NCBI GenBank assembly: GCA_013265495.1
Contig: MU058531.1
Span: forward strand, 736,678 to 800,677
Length of the DNA stretch: 64,000 nt
Direction of reading: 5' to 3'
From: Vicugna vicugna
Taxonomy: Eukaryota
Shown in pieces: positions 63,271-64,000 of the stretch; within the stretch, counting starts at the first letter, position 1, and every line of letters starts with the position of its first letter. Below the pieces are notes generated by a model. It saw only the letters and a program-made list of their open reading frames with translations, was not told the origin of the DNA and made no database searches. The position numbers were made by a program, and so were the translations under genes.

Positions 63271-64000
63271 GGAGTGACATCAGCAAGACGATGGTATAGG
63301 AATTTCTAGCACTGCCCCCATCTCCCCCAGGACATCAGTTTGAACAACTATCCACACACAGAAACTTCTTCACAAGAGCTAAGGATTCCAGGTGCAGGAT
63401 TACAGTGCCTGGGTGGAATGCAGAAGTAAAAGACACATTGAAGAAGGTAGGAAAGACGGTTTCACATTGCCTGTCACACCTCCTGCAAGCCCAGGCAGCC
63501 TAGAACAGAGAAACATCCTCTCCATGGGAGGAGGAGAGTGGAGTGTCACCTTCATCCCAGCAAGGCCGACACCAGCGCCAGGTGACTCCTATAGCCCCAG
63601 GCTGCCAGCCCCGACCCCCAGCACCAGCCAGCTTTTATGGCCCCAGGCTCCCAGCTGGCCCCAGGGAACCTAGGCTCCAAGTGGACTCCTACAAACCCAA
63701 GCTCCCTACCAGCCCTAGCACCAGGCCTACTACTTTGTCCCCAGGCTCCTGACCCACCCAAGTACCAGACCGGCTCCTGCAGCCCCAGGCCCATGCCTAC
63801 CCCAACACCAGGCCAGTTCCCCCAGCCCCAGGGCCTGGGCCTGCCCCAGCACCAGGCTGGCCTTGTCATAGACCCAGCCTCCACTCTACATTCTGCAGAC
63901 ACAGGCTCGCAGGCCTGCCACAGTCCCAGGCCAGCCCCAGTAGTACCAGCCTCCACACCAGCTACCAGGGACCCAGGCTCCCTCCCCAGCAGATCCAAGC
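63271..64000 (+). mobile_element. L1 5' UTR (GC-rich, degenerate subrepeats) running off the window
   Basis: Begins 'ggagtgacatcagcaagacgatgg', like L1 5' termini. Repeated 'ccccaggctcc/ccaggcc' units follow from ~63560. Confidence 0.6.

Noticed and set aside
63552..63998. 148-aa G/W/P-rich minus-strand ORF
   Set aside because: Stop-poor by composition within a GC-rich, L1 5' UTR-like repeat.

Overview
Repeat-rich mammalian non-coding DNA, intergenic or deep intronic. A tRNA-Ala-derived SINE of vic-1 type (22446-22591) and the style of the young L1 3' ends suggest a camelid genome (inference). I recognise no host protein-coding exon and no functional RNA gene. The only ORF with a recognisable product (40210-40509) is the C-terminal part of LINE-1 ORF2 in a 5'-truncated L1. 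The window is a mosaic of ancient elements (MIR, L2, L3/CR1, L1M, MLT1, MER20, MER102, MER5, Tigger), younger TSD-flanked L1/SINE insertions, four ERV1-class solo LTRs with intact 4-bp TSDs, three short tandem duplications and one assembly gap with duplicated flanks. I found no new multi-gene system. The best leads are regulatory: a MER41-like LTR with tandem TTC-N4-GAA STAT sites, a short solo LTR with an intact CCAAT-CCAAT-TATA-Inr/ETS promoter, two same-family solo LTRs 44 kb apart, and several atypical L1 insertions. Family names come from recalled consensus sequences, not database searches, and boundaries of old repeats are approximate.
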